From the NCBI GenBank assembly GCA_044222475.1, contig JBGANF010000024.1:13717-77716 (forward strand): 64,000 bases of DNA. The letters are read 5' to 3'. A program made the translations under genes and the position numbers. The notes under the pieces were generated by a model. It saw nothing but the letters and a program-made list of their open reading frames with translations. It made no database searches and had not been told where the DNA came from. Positions 31,438-40,989 of this stretch are shown piece by piece; the first letter of the stretch is position 1; each line of letters begins with the position of its first letter. Origin of the DNA: Polyangiaceae bacterium. Its GTDB lineage: Bacteria; Myxococcota_A; Polyangia; Polyangiales; Polyangiaceae.

Positions 31438-32775
31438 ATGGAAAAGAAGCGGAAGAAGAAGGCCGGTGTCGATCTGTCGAAGACTCTCACGAGTCCGAGC
31501 GCGCCGCCCGCGCCGAGCTCCTCGAGCCGCACGCTGTCCGAGGCGGTGACCGAAGCCAGCGCCGAGGCGTTGCTGGCCAAGCTCGATGCGCCGCCCGCGC
31601 CCATCCCTGCAGCGCCGCCGCCGATCGACCCGGTCGAAGTGGAGGCCAAGACCGAGACGCCCGCGCCGGTGCAAGTCGAAGCGGAAGTGAAGACCGAGAC
31701 GCCCGCGCCGGTGCAAGTCGAAGCAGAAGCCAAGACCGAGACGCCCGCGCCGGTGCAAGTCGAAGCAGAAGCCAAGACCGAGACGCCGCCCCCGGTCCAA
31801 GTCGAAGCGGCGGCGACGTCGGTCGCCGGGCCGGTGTCGAAGAAAAAGAAGTCGAAGAAGAAGTCGGGCGATCGCACGAGCACGATGCCGGCCACCGCTC
31901 GAGAGCCCGCGGTCGAGCGCGCGTCGAAGCGAAAGGTCGCCGCGTCGGCGCCGATCCCCAAGGCGAAGCTCGACGAGAAGCTCGACAAGCTCCACCAGAA
32001 GCTCGAAGAGAAGAAGGTCGAAGCCGAGAAGGCGGCCCGTGCGGGCTTCGCGAGCAGCCCCGACATCGACGACATCAGCGTTCCGCCGGTCGACCTCGAC
32101 GAGCACGACGATCGCTTCTTCGAGGCGGGCGAGAAAGTTCGCCACTCGTCGGGCCTGAGCGGCAGCTTCGATGCGGTCGATCCGGCGCACGCGCGCAAGA
32201 TGACCGCCGAGGCGAAGGCGCGACGCGCGCACCTCACCCGTTACGTGAAGGGTGCAGTGATCGCCGCAGCTGCGATCCTCGCGCTCGCGCTCGTCGTCAG
32301 CAAGCTCCGCACGAAGAACGAGCCGGCGCCGGCCGTGCAAGTGACGCACGCTCCGGATCCCACGCCGCCGCCGCCCATCCCGTCGCCGACGCAGGATTCC
32401 CCGCCACCGCCGCTCGACATGGACACCCAAGACACGCCCCCGCCCGAGCCGAGCGCGTCGGCTGCAGCCAGCGCCGCGACGGCCGACACCGCTGCGGTGC
32501 CGTCGGCGAGCGCGTCCACGGAGAAGCCGGCGAAGACTGCCGGGCAGGAGAAGGCCGACGCGAAGGCGCTCCTCGAGCGCGAAGCGTACGGCGCGGCCGT
32601 CGCGGCGGGCGAGCGTTCGGTCGCCCTCGACTCGGGCGACGGCGAGGCGTGGTTGATCCTCGGTGCGGCCTACCAAGGGATGGGCAACGCGGGGCAGGCC
32701 AAGCGCTGCTACGCGGCCTGCACGAAGCAGAAGCGCGGTCCGATCGCGGACTGCCAGCAGATGCTCCAGCAGTGA
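31438..32775 (+). CDS. Bitopic membrane protein: low-complexity N-terminus, TM helix, Pro-rich linker, C-terminal TPR
   Basis: TM VIAAAAILALALVV; EAWLILGAAYQ.MG TPR; 14-aa repeats. Confidence 0.75.
   Translation: MEKKRKKKAGVDLSKTLTSPSAPPAPSSSSRTLSEAVTEASAEALLAKLDAPPAPIPAAPPPIDPVEVEAKTETPAPVQVEAEVKTETPAPVQVEAEAKTETPAPVQVEAEAKTETPPPVQVEAAATSVAGPVSKKKKSKKKSGDRTSTMPATAREPAVERASKRKVAASAPIPKAKLDEKLDKLHQKLEEKKVEAEKAARAGFASSPDIDDISVPPVDLDEHDDRFFEAGEKVRHSSGLSGSFDAVDPAHARKMTAEAKARRAHLTRYVKGAVIAAAAILALALVVSKLRTKNEPAPAVQVTHAPDPTPPPPIPSPTQDSPPPPLDMDTQDTPPPEPSASAAASAATADTAAVPSASASTEKPAKTAGQEKADAKALLEREAYGAAVAAGERSVALDSGDGEAWLILGAAYQGMGNAGQAKRCYAACTKQKRGPIADCQQMLQQ
31633..31809 (+). repeat. Intragenic 42-bp tandem repeat, ~4.2 copies (VEAEAKTETPAPVQ)
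   Basis: gtcgaag recurs at 31633, 31675, 31717, 31759 and 31801. Confidence 0.92.
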
Positions 32776-32785
32776 TCGCCGTGCG

Positions 32786-32814
32786 TTGACACTTCGCCCT
32801 CGCGTGGGTAATTG
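32786..32814 (+). promoter_or_regulatory. Candidate sigma70 promoter of prs
   Basis: Perfect TTGACA at 32786-32791, then 17 bp and TAATTG. Confidence 0.5.
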
Positions 32815-32819
32815 GGCGC

Positions 32820-33764
32820 ATGTTCAAGAAGGTCTGCATCTTCTCGGGGAACGCCAACCCGGACCTCGCCGCTCGCATCGCGGGGTTTCTCGAGACGCCG
32901 CTGGCGAAGTGCAAGACCACCCGCTTCAGCGACGGTGAGTCGTTCGTCGAAGTGAACGAGAACGTCCGCGGCGTCGACGCCTTCGTGATTCAGCCGACCG
33001 GCAGCCCGGTCAACGACAACGTGATGGAGCTCCTCATCATGTGCGACGCGCTCCGGCGCGCGTCCGCAGGCTCGATCACCGCCGTCATCCCGTACTACGG
33101 CTACGCCCGCCAGGACCGCAAGGTCGCGCCGCGCACGCCGATCACGTCGAAGCTCGTCGCCGATCTCATCGTGGCCGCCGGCGTGACGCGCGTCGTCTCG
33201 GTCGACCTCCACGCCGGTCAGATCCAAGGGTTCTTCAACATCCCCTTCGATCACCTCTATGCGATGCCGGTGATGCTCGAGGACTACCTGAAGAAGAACT
33301 TCGACTCGAGCGCGGTCTTCGTCTCGCCGGACGCCGGCGGCGTCGAGCGCGCGCGCGCGTACTCGAAGCGCCTCAACGCTCAGCTCGCCATCGTCGACAA
33401 GCGCCGCGAGCGCGCGAACGTGAGCGAGGTCATGAACCTCATCGGCGACGTGAAGGGCAAGCCCTGCATCATCCTCGACGACATGATCGACACCGCGGGC
33501 ACCCTCGCCGGAGCGGCCAAGGCGCTCATGGAGAAGGGCGCGACCAAGGTCGTCGCCTGCGCGACCCACGGCGTGTTCAGCGGCCCGGCCGTCCAGCGCA
33601 TCGTCGAGTCGCCGATCACCGAGGTCGTCGTCACCGACACCCTCCCGCTCTCGGAAGCCGCCAAGGCCTCCGGCAAGATCAAGCAGGTCAGCATCGCCAA
33701 GCTCCTGGGCGAGGCCATCAAGCGGATCCACTCCAGCGACTCGGTCAGCAGCCTGTTTGCCTGA
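32820..33764 (+). CDS. prs: Ribose-phosphate pyrophosphokinase
   Basis: [44 protein letters not shown]. Confidence 0.98.
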   Translation: MFKKVCIFSGNANPDLAARIAGFLETPLAKCKTTRFSDGESFVEVNENVRGVDAFVIQPTGSPVNDNVMELLIMCDALRRASAGSITAVIPYYGYARQDRKVAPRTPITSKLVADLIVAAGVTRVVSVDLHAGQIQGFFNIPFDHLYAMPVMLEDYLKKNFDSSAVFVSPDAGGVERARAYSKRLNAQLAIVDKRRERANVSEVMNLIGDVKGKPCIILDDMIDTAGTLAGAAKALMEKGATKVVACATHGVFSGPAVQRIVESPITEVVVTDTLPLSEAAKASGKIKQVSIAKLLGEAIKRIHSSDSVSSLFA

Positions 33765-33829
33765 GCCAAAAAGTCGATGCACGAGGGTTTTGCCTCTGCT
33801 ATAGGCGTGACCCCCCTGGAGATTCCGTG

Positions 33830-34561
33830 ATGACGACGATGACCCCCCTCGCAGCTTCGACCCGCAACGCTTCCGGCAAGGGAGCCGCCCGCCGCCTCCG
33901 CGCCGAAGGGAAAATCCCCGCGGTCGCGTACGGGAAGGCCTTCGCGTCGACCCCGATCGCCATCACCCCGAAGGACGTCCTCGCCATCCTCAAGACGGAG
34001 CAGGGGCAGAACACCGTCATCAAGATGAAGGTCGAAGGCGCCAAGGCGTCCGACATCCTCGTGATGATCAAGGACTTCAGCTACCACCCGGTCACGCGCT
34101 CGCTCGAGCACGTCGACTTCGTCGAGGTGAAGCTCGACCGCGAGGTCGAGGTCGAGGTGAAGTTCGTCGTCACCGGCAAGCCGGTCGGCGTGACCGAGGG
34201 CGGCATCCTCCGCCAGGTCTACCGCACCCTCCCGGTGCGCTGCCTCCCGGACCGCATCCCCCTCAAGATCGAGACCGACGCGACCGCGCTCGCCCTCGGC
34301 GATCACATCTCCACGCAGCAGCTCTCTCTCCCCGAGGGCGTCAAGGTTCGTCTCCCCGCGGAGCAGACCCTGGTCGCCGTCGTCGCTCCGGAGAAGGAGA
34401 AGGAAGAAGTGGCAGCGACCGAGGCCGCGCCGGGTGCAGCTCCGGCTGCTGGCGCAGCGCCGGCCGCGGGTGCGGCGGCTCCGGCCGCGGGCGCCGCAGC
34501 GGGCAAGGACGCGAAGGCAGCCGCTCCGGCGGCCGCCGCGAAGGACGCGAAGAAGAAGTAA
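33830..34561 (+). CDS. rplY: 50S ribosomal protein L25/Ctc
   Basis: GKGAARRLR..GKIPAV.YG, HPV....HVDF, GV..GG; prs-rplY-pth synteny. Confidence 0.95.
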   Translation: MTTMTPLAASTRNASGKGAARRLRAEGKIPAVAYGKAFASTPIAITPKDVLAILKTEQGQNTVIKMKVEGAKASDILVMIKDFSYHPVTRSLEHVDFVEVKLDREVEVEVKFVVTGKPVGVTEGGILRQVYRTLPVRCLPDRIPLKIETDATALALGDHISTQQLSLPEGVKVRLPAEQTLVAVVAPEKEKEEVAATEAAPGAAPAAGAAPAAGAAAPAAGAAAGKDAKAAAPAAAAKDAKKK

Positions 34562-34573
34562 CCGGCGCGTCGC

Positions 34574-35149
34574 GTGGTCCTCGTCGTCGGCCTGGGGAAT
34601 CCGGGCAAGAAGTACGTCGGGAACCGCCACAACGTCGGCTTCATGGTCGCGGAGAAGCTGCTCTCGGAGCAGTCTCTCCCCGATCCGCGCGACAAGTTCT
34701 CGGGGGCGTTCTCGAAAGGGGCGGCCTTCGGCGGCGACGTCGCGGTGCTCATGCCCCACACGTTCATGAACCTGTCGGGCGACAGCGTTCAGCCGGCGTG
34801 CGCCTTCCTCAAGATCGAGCCGAAGGACGTCGTGGTCGTCCACGACGAGCTCGACCTACCGTTCGGCGAGGTGCGCCTCAAGCTGGGCGGGGGACACGCG
34901 GGCCACAACGGGCTGCGGAGCATCATCCAGCGGCTAGGAACGCCGGATTTCGTGCGGGTGAGGGTAGGGGTGGGGCGCCCCCCGGCGGGTTTCGCGGGGG
35001 ACGTTGCGGACTTCGTCCTGTCGGACTTCACGGCGTCCGAGCGAGCGGAGCTGCCAAAGCTGATCGAGAAGGCGCTGACCGCGGTCGAACGGGTCGCGCG
35101 CGACGGCGTGCAAAAGGCCATGGCGGCGCTCCACGCGCCGACCAAGTAG
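34574..35149 (+). CDS. pth: Peptidyl-tRNA hydrolase
   Basis: VGLGNPG..Y..NRHNVGF, TFMNLSG, HDELD, GHNGLRSI. Confidence 0.97.
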   Translation: MVLVVGLGNPGKKYVGNRHNVGFMVAEKLLSEQSLPDPRDKFSGAFSKGAAFGGDVAVLMPHTFMNLSGDSVQPACAFLKIEPKDVVVVHDELDLPFGEVRLKLGGGHAGHNGLRSIIQRLGTPDFVRVRVGVGRPPAGFAGDVADFVLSDFTASERAELPKLIEKALTAVERVARDGVQKAMAALHAPTK

Positions 35150-35153
35150 CTCT

Positions 35154-35289
35154 CCAAGAAGGAGAGGAACCGCCAGGGTCGCCAGGCTCGCCAGGGGGAG
35201 AGTGAGAGGGTCTGCATCACGTTGCGGACGTCCAAACCTCCGAACGTGCTGGCGCCCCTGGCGCCCCTGGCGGTTCTCTTCTCTCTCGG
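35154..35289. repeat. Intergenic inverted-repeat element built of CGCCAGG units
   Basis: Left arm gagaggaaccgccagggtcgccaggctcgccag is the imperfect reverse complement of right arm ctggcgcccctggcgcccctggcggttctcttctc. Confidence 0.75.
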
Positions 35290-35364
35290 CGCCGCGAGGA
35301 AGTCCTTGAGAATCCCGGGACCCGTGGTAGAAACCCCGCCCTTCCGTCATTCCCGGCGGAAACC

Positions 35365-35436
35365 ATCCTTGCTCGTCGCACTCGCGCCGGGCCAACGGAG
35401 TGAAGTCTCACTCCGAGTCCACAAGGAGACACGTAC
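35365..35436 (+). promoter_or_regulatory. Probable S6:S18 ribosomal-protein leader RNA
   Basis: TCCTTG (35366) can pair with CAAGGA overlapping the rpsF SD; internal hairpin CGGAGTGA/TCACTCCG; CCG motifs. Confidence 0.55.
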
Positions 35437-35994
35437 ATGGCAACGCAAACATTGAGGGCGAAGGAGTACGAGACGATCTACATCCTTCGGCCCGACGTCG
35501 ACGCAGACACCGCCGAGAAGGTCCAGGGTCGCGTCACGGAAGTCGTCGACAAGGCCAAGGGCAAGCTCGTGAAGGTGGAAGCGTGGGGCCGTCGCCGGCT
35601 CGCGTATCCCGTCGCGAAGCAGAAGAAGGGCGTCTACGTCTACGTGAAGTACGTGGGCCTCGGCGACCTCGTGACCGAGGTCGAGCGCAACCTGAAGCTC
35701 GCCGACGCGGTCCTGAAGTTCCAGACCGTGCTGCTGAACGACCACGTCAACGTGGCCGAGCTCACGATCGATCCGGAAGAAGTGAAGTTCCAGCGCCTCG
35801 AGCTCCCGGCCGAGGACGAGAAGGAAGAGTCGCGCGAGCGTGCGCTCGGCCTCGTCGATCTCGGTGACGGCCCGCGTTCGCGCCGCCCGGAGATGGAGGA
35901 CGAGTTCGCCGACGAGGAGATGGAAGCTCCCGAGTCGGTTGCCACCGCCGAAAAGGCCGAGGCCGCGCCGGGCACCGGCGAAGGAGAGGGCTGA
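35437..35994 (+). CDS. rpsF: 30S ribosomal protein S6 with an acidic C-terminal extension
   Basis: YETIYILRPD, WGRRRLAYP. Confidence 0.96.
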   Translation: MATQTLRAKEYETIYILRPDVDADTAEKVQGRVTEVVDKAKGKLVKVEAWGRRRLAYPVAKQKKGVYVYVKYVGLGDLVTEVERNLKLADAVLKFQTVLLNDHVNVAELTIDPEEVKFQRLELPAEDEKEESRERALGLVDLGDGPRSRRPEMEDEFADEEMEAPESVATAEKAEAAPGTGEGEG

Positions 35995-35997
35995 GCC

Positions 35998-36297
35998 ATG
36001 ACCAACCGCACTTCAGCATTCGACGACGACAAGGACTTCGGTCGCACTCCGGACCTCAACGCCGACGCACCGGGGCGACGCCGCACCGGCAAGAAGCGCG
36101 TCTGCAAGTTCTGCGCGGAGAAGATCGAGTTCATCGACTACAAGGACCCGCAAGCGCTCAAGTACTTCGTGTCCGAGCGCGGCAAGGTCGTTCCCCGTCG
36201 CATCAGCGGCAACTGCGCGCTCCACCAGCGCAAGGTCACGCAGGCCGTCAACCGCGCGCGCAACGTGGCGCTCCTGCCCTTCACCGTCACCGCCTGA
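35998..36297 (+). CDS. rpsR: 30S ribosomal protein S18 (Cys-containing form)
   Basis: [30 protein letters not shown]. Confidence 0.97.
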   Translation: MTNRTSAFDDDKDFGRTPDLNADAPGRRRTGKKRVCKFCAEKIEFIDYKDPQALKYFVSERGKVVPRRISGNCALHQRKVTQAVNRARNVALLPFTVTA

Positions 36298-36307
36298 GGA
36301 GACCGTC

Positions 36308-36763
36308 ATGCCCGCAACGATTCAAGTCGTCCTCCAGCACGACGTCGACAACGTCGGCAAGTCGGGAGAGCTCGTCAAGGTTCGCCCTGGCTTCGCTCGC
36401 AACTACCTCATCCCGCGCTCGCTCGCCGTCCCGGCGACCACCGCGGCGGTGAACCGCATCAACCACGAGAAGGCCGTCGCGCTCGCGCGCGCGGAGAAGC
36501 TCAAGAAGGAGTCGAAGGACATCGCGGCCAAGATCGACGGGCTCACCGTCACGATCGCGCGACCCGTCGGCGAAGACGAGCGCCTCTTCGGCTCGGTCAC
36601 CGTCAAGGACGTCCACGCGGCCGTGAAGGCCAAGGGCTTCGACATCGACCGCAAGAAGATGCACCTCGCCGATCCGATCAAGGCGCTCGGCACGTTCGAC
36701 GTGCCGGTCAAGCTGATGACGGACGTGACTGCCACGATCAAGGTCGAGGTCGTCAAGAAGTGA
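36308..36763 (+). CDS. rplI: 50S ribosomal protein L9
   Basis: VRPGFARNYLIP, LFGSVT, PIKALG. Confidence 0.97.
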   Translation: MPATIQVVLQHDVDNVGKSGELVKVRPGFARNYLIPRSLAVPATTAAVNRINHEKAVALARAEKLKKESKDIAAKIDGLTVTIARPVGEDERLFGSVTVKDVHAAVKAKGFDIDRKKMHLADPIKALGTFDVPVKLMTDVTATIKVEVVKK

Positions 36764-36874
36764 TCACGCGCCTCTCGAAAGAGAGCTAGAATCACGTTCG
36801 CGGTTTCCGCCCCGGTGAGCTCGGCTCCCCGGGGCGGAGACGTTTTTGGAGGCTGTGGAGAACAGGCGGAAAAC

Positions 36875-38341
36875 ATGCGACCGAACCGTGTGAAACCGGT
36901 GGAGACGCCGCCCGTCATCGAGGGGCGCGTTCCGCCTCACGATCTCGACGCCGAAGCGGCCGTGCTCTCGGCGGTGATGCTCGATCCGTCCGCGCTCGAC
37001 AAGATCCTCGAGTTCCTCAAGCCCGACCACTTCTACTCCGAGGCTCATCGCCGCATCTTCGAGGCCTGCGTCGAGCTCCGCACCGTCGGCCAACCGGTCG
37101 ACGTCGTGCAGGTCGGCACGTGGCTCAAGAACCGCGACCGCATCGCCCAGATCGGCGGCATGGGGTACCTGTCGGAGATCCTCAACGCCGCGCCCGCGGT
37201 GTCGAACGTCGCGGCGTACGGCCGGACCATCCACGAGAAGTTCCGCGTGCGCCAGCTCATCGCGACGTGCCAGCGCGTCTCGGCCGAGGGTTACCTCGAC
37301 TACGGCGAGGCCCAAGCCTTCATCGACAACGCCGAGCAGTCGATCTACCAGCTCGCGCGCACGCCCGAGTCGAGCAGCGTCGAGCGCCTGCTCGACGTCA
37401 TGAAGAAGTCGTTCAAGGCGCTGACCGAGGCGATGCAGCGCGGCGATCGCATCACCGGCACGGCGACCGGTTTCGAGCGGTACGACCGCCTCACCGCCGG
37501 GTTGCACCCGGGCGACCTCTCGATCGTCGCCGCGCGCCCCGGCATGGGCAAGACGAGCTTCGTCCTCAACGTCGCCACGAACGTCGCGAGCCCAAAAGGG
37601 CGCGAGTCGGCGACCGACCCGACACAGCGGTGGGAGGATCAAGGCGTCGGCGTCGCCGTGTTCTCGCTCGAAATGCCGCGCGAGCAGATCGCGAATCGCA
37701 TGGTCTGCTCCGAGGGCAAGGTCGACGTCGGAAAGCTCCGCCAAGGGTTCCTCAGCCCGCAGGACTGGAGCCGCCTCACGCAAGCGGCGAGCTACCTCGG
37801 CAGCCTGCCGATCTGGATCGACGACACCCCGAGCCTCTCGATCCTCGAGCTCCGCGCCAAGGTACGAAGGCTCCAGGCCGAGTACGACAGGGTCGACGAC
37901 ACCGGGAAGAAGGTCCGAAAGATCGGGCTCGTCGTGGTCGACTACTTGCAGCTCATGAAGGGCCGCGACGGCGTCCAGTCGCGCGAGCAGGAGATCAGCG
38001 AGATCTCGCGTGGGCTCAAGGGGCTCGCCAAGGAGCTCTACCTGCCAGTGATCGCGCTCTCGCAGCTGAACCGCGCCGTCGAGACCCGCAGCGAGAAGTC
38101 GAAGCGGCCCCAGCTCTCCGACCTGCGCGAGTCGGGCGCCATCGAGCAGGACGCCGACAACATCATCTTCATCTATCGCGACGAGTACTACAACAAGGAG
38201 GCGACGACCGAGCCCAACGTCGCCGAGCTCATCATCGCGAAGCAGCGCAACGGGCCGACCGGAACGGCGAAGGTGCGGTTCGACCGCGAGTACACCCGCT
38301 TCGACAATCTCGCCGAGGGCGAGTACGTCGACGAGGGATAG
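36875..38341 (+). CDS. dnaB: Replicative DNA helicase
   Basis: PPHDLDAE, AARPGMGKT, FSLEM, VDYLQLM, LSQLNR, SDLRESGAIEQDAD, KQRNGPTG; no intein. Confidence 0.97.
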   Translation: MRPNRVKPVETPPVIEGRVPPHDLDAEAAVLSAVMLDPSALDKILEFLKPDHFYSEAHRRIFEACVELRTVGQPVDVVQVGTWLKNRDRIAQIGGMGYLSEILNAAPAVSNVAAYGRTIHEKFRVRQLIATCQRVSAEGYLDYGEAQAFIDNAEQSIYQLARTPESSSVERLLDVMKKSFKALTEAMQRGDRITGTATGFERYDRLTAGLHPGDLSIVAARPGMGKTSFVLNVATNVASPKGRESATDPTQRWEDQGVGVAVFSLEMPREQIANRMVCSEGKVDVGKLRQGFLSPQDWSRLTQAASYLGSLPIWIDDTPSLSILELRAKVRRLQAEYDRVDDTGKKVRKIGLVVVDYLQLMKGRDGVQSREQEISEISRGLKGLAKELYLPVIALSQLNRAVETRSEKSKRPQLSDLRESGAIEQDADNIIFIYRDEYYNKEATTEPNVAELIIAKQRNGPTGTAKVRFDREYTRFDNLAEGEYVDEG

Positions 38342-38372
38342 AGCCTCAAAGTCTGCTAAAGGATGGGCCTTC

Positions 38373-39581
38373 ATGGCCCTCGCCGAGCTCCTCCGAACGC
38401 GTCGCGTTCTCGTCACCGTGGGGGCGGGCGGCGTGGGGAAGACCACGACCGCAGCAGCGCTCGCGGTCGCGGCGGCCCGCGAAGGCCGGCGCGTCCTCTG
38501 CCTGACGATCGACCCGGCGAAGCGCCTCGCGCAGAGCCTCGGGTTCGAGAAGATCGACCAAGAGGCGGCGGTCGTCGACGCGAAGCGGTTCGCCGACGCC
38601 GGGGTCGAGCTGAAGGGCTCCCTCACCGTGATGATGCTCGACACGAAGCGAACCTTCGACGAGCTCGTCGTCAAATACTCGTCGAGCCCGGCGAAGGCGA
38701 AGCAGCTCCTCGAGAACCGCCTCTACAAGTACATGTCGGGCTCGCTCGCGGGGACGCAGGAGTACATGGCGGTCGAGAAGCTCGTCGCCGTCAAGGACGA
38801 CCCGGCCTACGACCTCGTCCTGCTCGACACGCCGCCCACGTCGAACGCGCTCGATTTTCTCGACGCGCCCGAGCGCCTGATGGATGCGCTCGACTCGTCG
38901 ACGATGAAGTGGTTCGTCGAGGCGTTCGAGACGTCGGGGAAGTTCTCGCTCAACCTCTTGGCGAAGAGCGCCGAGGTCGTGCTGAAGGCGATGGGCCGCA
39001 TCACCGGCGGCGGCTTCCTCGAAGCGATGGCCGAGTTCATCTCCCAGCTCAACGAGCTCTTCGGCGGCTTCAAGCAGCGCGCGCAGATGGTGCAGAAGGC
39101 GCTCCGGAGCGACGACGTCGCGTTCATCCTCGTGACGTCGCCCGCGCCGATGAGCCTGCGCGAGGTCATCTACTTCGCCGAGCGCCTCGAGGAGCACCAG
39201 ATGCCCATGGGCGCGTTCGTAGTCAACCGCATCCACACCGTGCCGCCGGGGCCGAACCGGGTCGCCAAAGAGCCCGAGATCGTCACCGCGATCGTCAAGA
39301 ACCGAATCATGCTCGAAGACGAGGGGCCGAAGCGGATCGCTCGCGCGCACAAAGAGCAGTTCACGCTCGCTCAGATCGACGAGAGGCACCTGCGCGCCCT
39401 GGGCGGCGTCTCGAAGACCGGGGCGCCGGTGGTGCGCATCCCCGAGCTCGCGTCGGACGTGCACGACATCAAGCTCCTCGCCGAAATCGGCGATCTCCTC
39501 GTCTCGGGAGGCGTGCCGCCGGCCCCGCCGAGCCGCCGGTCGATTCCCGTGGCTACCGATCCCGGTCGCGGCGGCGAGTGA
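38373..39581 (+). CDS. ArsA/GET3-family ATPase
   Basis: GAGGVGKTT, TIDPAKRLA, LDTPP, VVNR. Confidence 0.9.
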   Translation: MALAELLRTRRVLVTVGAGGVGKTTTAAALAVAAAREGRRVLCLTIDPAKRLAQSLGFEKIDQEAAVVDAKRFADAGVELKGSLTVMMLDTKRTFDELVVKYSSSPAKAKQLLENRLYKYMSGSLAGTQEYMAVEKLVAVKDDPAYDLVLLDTPPTSNALDFLDAPERLMDALDSSTMKWFVEAFETSGKFSLNLLAKSAEVVLKAMGRITGGGFLEAMAEFISQLNELFGGFKQRAQMVQKALRSDDVAFILVTSPAPMSLREVIYFAERLEEHQMPMGAFVVNRIHTVPPGPNRVAKEPEIVTAIVKNRIMLEDEGPKRIARAHKEQFTLAQIDERHLRALGGVSKTGAPVVRIPELASDVHDIKLLAEIGDLLVSGGVPPAPPSRRSIPVATDPGRGGE

Positions 39582-40989
39582 GCGCGGGCTTCTTCGGCCG
39601 CGCTTGGGCGGCGACGCCGCTGCGCTTTTGCCTGTAGTGTACACGTATCGGCGACGCCTCGAAGTCGAAGCGCTTGCGCAGCTGGTTCTGGACGTACCGC
39701 TGGTACGAGAAGTGGATCGCGTCCGGCGCGTTCGACATCACGATGAACGTGGGCGGGGCGACCTGCGCCTGGGTGATGTAGTAGAGCCGCGGCGCCTTTC
39801 CGCCCTGGGTGGGCGGCGGTCGCGTCTCGAGGACCTCGGCGAAGAAGCGGTTGAGCTCGCCGGTGCCGACCCGGCGGAAGAACCCGGCATAGGCGCGGTC
39901 GATCGTGCGGTACAGCTCGGGGACGCCGCGGCCGGTCTTGGCGCTCAGGTGGACGAGCGGCGCGTGGGCCGCGAACGAAAGCTTGTCGCGCGCGGACTCC
40001 TCGGCGCGCTTCATCCCTGCGGCGTCGAGGAGATCGCTCTTGTTGAGCGCGATGACGATGCAGCGCATGCGGTCGTGCGCGAGGCCGAGGATCTTCGCGT
40101 CCTGCTCGGCGACGCCTTCGTGCGCGTCGCACACGAGCACGACGACGTGCGCTCGCTCGATGCTCTGGATCGCCGAGAGGACGCTCATCGACTCGACCGC
40201 GTCCTCCGCCTTCTTGACCTTGCCTTTGCGCCGAATGCCGGCGGTGTCCATGAAGACGTACCGCTTGCCGTCGTGCTCGACGAGGGTGTCGATCGAGTCG
40301 CGGGTGGTGCCCGGCTTGTCGTCGACGAGCATGCGGTCCTCGCCGAGGAGCCGGTTCATCAGGCTCGACTTTCCGGCGTTGGGCTTGCCGACGATCGCGA
40401 TGCGGCAGAGCTTCTCGTCGTCGGGCGGGGGCTCGGCGCGCGGCGGAATCGCCTCGACGATGGCCGCTTCCAGATCGCCGATGCCGCGGCCGTGGAGCGC
40501 GGACACGGCGTACACCTTCTTCACGCCGAGGCGGTAGAGCTCGAACGCTTCGGCGTCCTTCGACGGCGAGTCGGCCTTGTTCGCCGCGTAGATGACGGGC
40601 TTCTTGCTCTGCCGGAGGAGCTGGACGGCGGCGCGGTCGGCCGAGGTGAGCTCGTCCTGGCCGTCGGTCACGAACACGGTGACGTCGGCCTCGCGGATCG
40701 CGTCCTTCACGTGGCGGGCGATGCCGGCCTTCATCGGGTCGTCGCTGTCGGGGTCGAAGCCGCCGGTGTCGACGAGGGTGTAGTCGGTGCCAAACGCAGT
40801 CGTGTCGACATAGTGCCGGTCGCGCGTGACGCCGGGCTCGTCGTGGACGATGGCGAGCCGCCGCCGCGCGAGACGGTTGAACAGCGTCGACTTTCCCACG
40901 TTGGGACGACCCACGATCGCCACGATCGGGAGACCGGAGCGCTCGGCCGGGACCTCGCGCGTGGTGTGGGCTTTGAAGTGCTTCGTCAC
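39553..40989 (-). CDS. der: Ribosome biogenesis GTPase Der (EngA)
   Basis: Two G domains (GRPNVGKST/DTGG/NKAD and GKPNAGKSS/DTAG/NKSD) plus a KH-like C-terminus. Confidence 0.97.
   Translation of the reverse strand: MTKHFKAHTTREVPAERSGLPIVAIVGRPNVGKSTLFNRLARRRLAIVHDEPGVTRDRHYVDTTAFGTDYTLVDTGGFDPDSDDPMKAGIARHVKDAIREADVTVFVTDGQDELTSADRAAVQLLRQSKKPVIYAANKADSPSKDAEAFELYRLGVKKVYAVSALHGRGIGDLEAAIVEAIPPRAEPPPDDEKLCRIAIVGKPNAGKSSLMNRLLGEDRMLVDDKPGTTRDSIDTLVEHDGKRYVFMDTAGIRRKGKVKKAEDAVESMSVLSAIQSIERAHVVVLVCDAHEGVAEQDAKILGLAHDRMRCIVIALNKSDLLDAAGMKRAEESARDKLSFAAHAPLVHLSAKTGRGVPELYRTIDRAYAGFFRRVGTGELNRFFAEVLETRPPPTQGGKAPRLYYITQAQVAPPTFIVMSNAPDAIHFSYQRYVQNQLRKRFDFEASPIRVHYRQKRSGVAAQARPKKPALTRRRDRDR

Noticed and set aside
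31633..31809. CRISPR array
   Set aside because: Contiguous in-frame repeats without unique spacers; no cas genes
36875..38341. Intein in DnaB
   Set aside because: Length is normal; only a short insertion after the Walker A region and no splicing motifs
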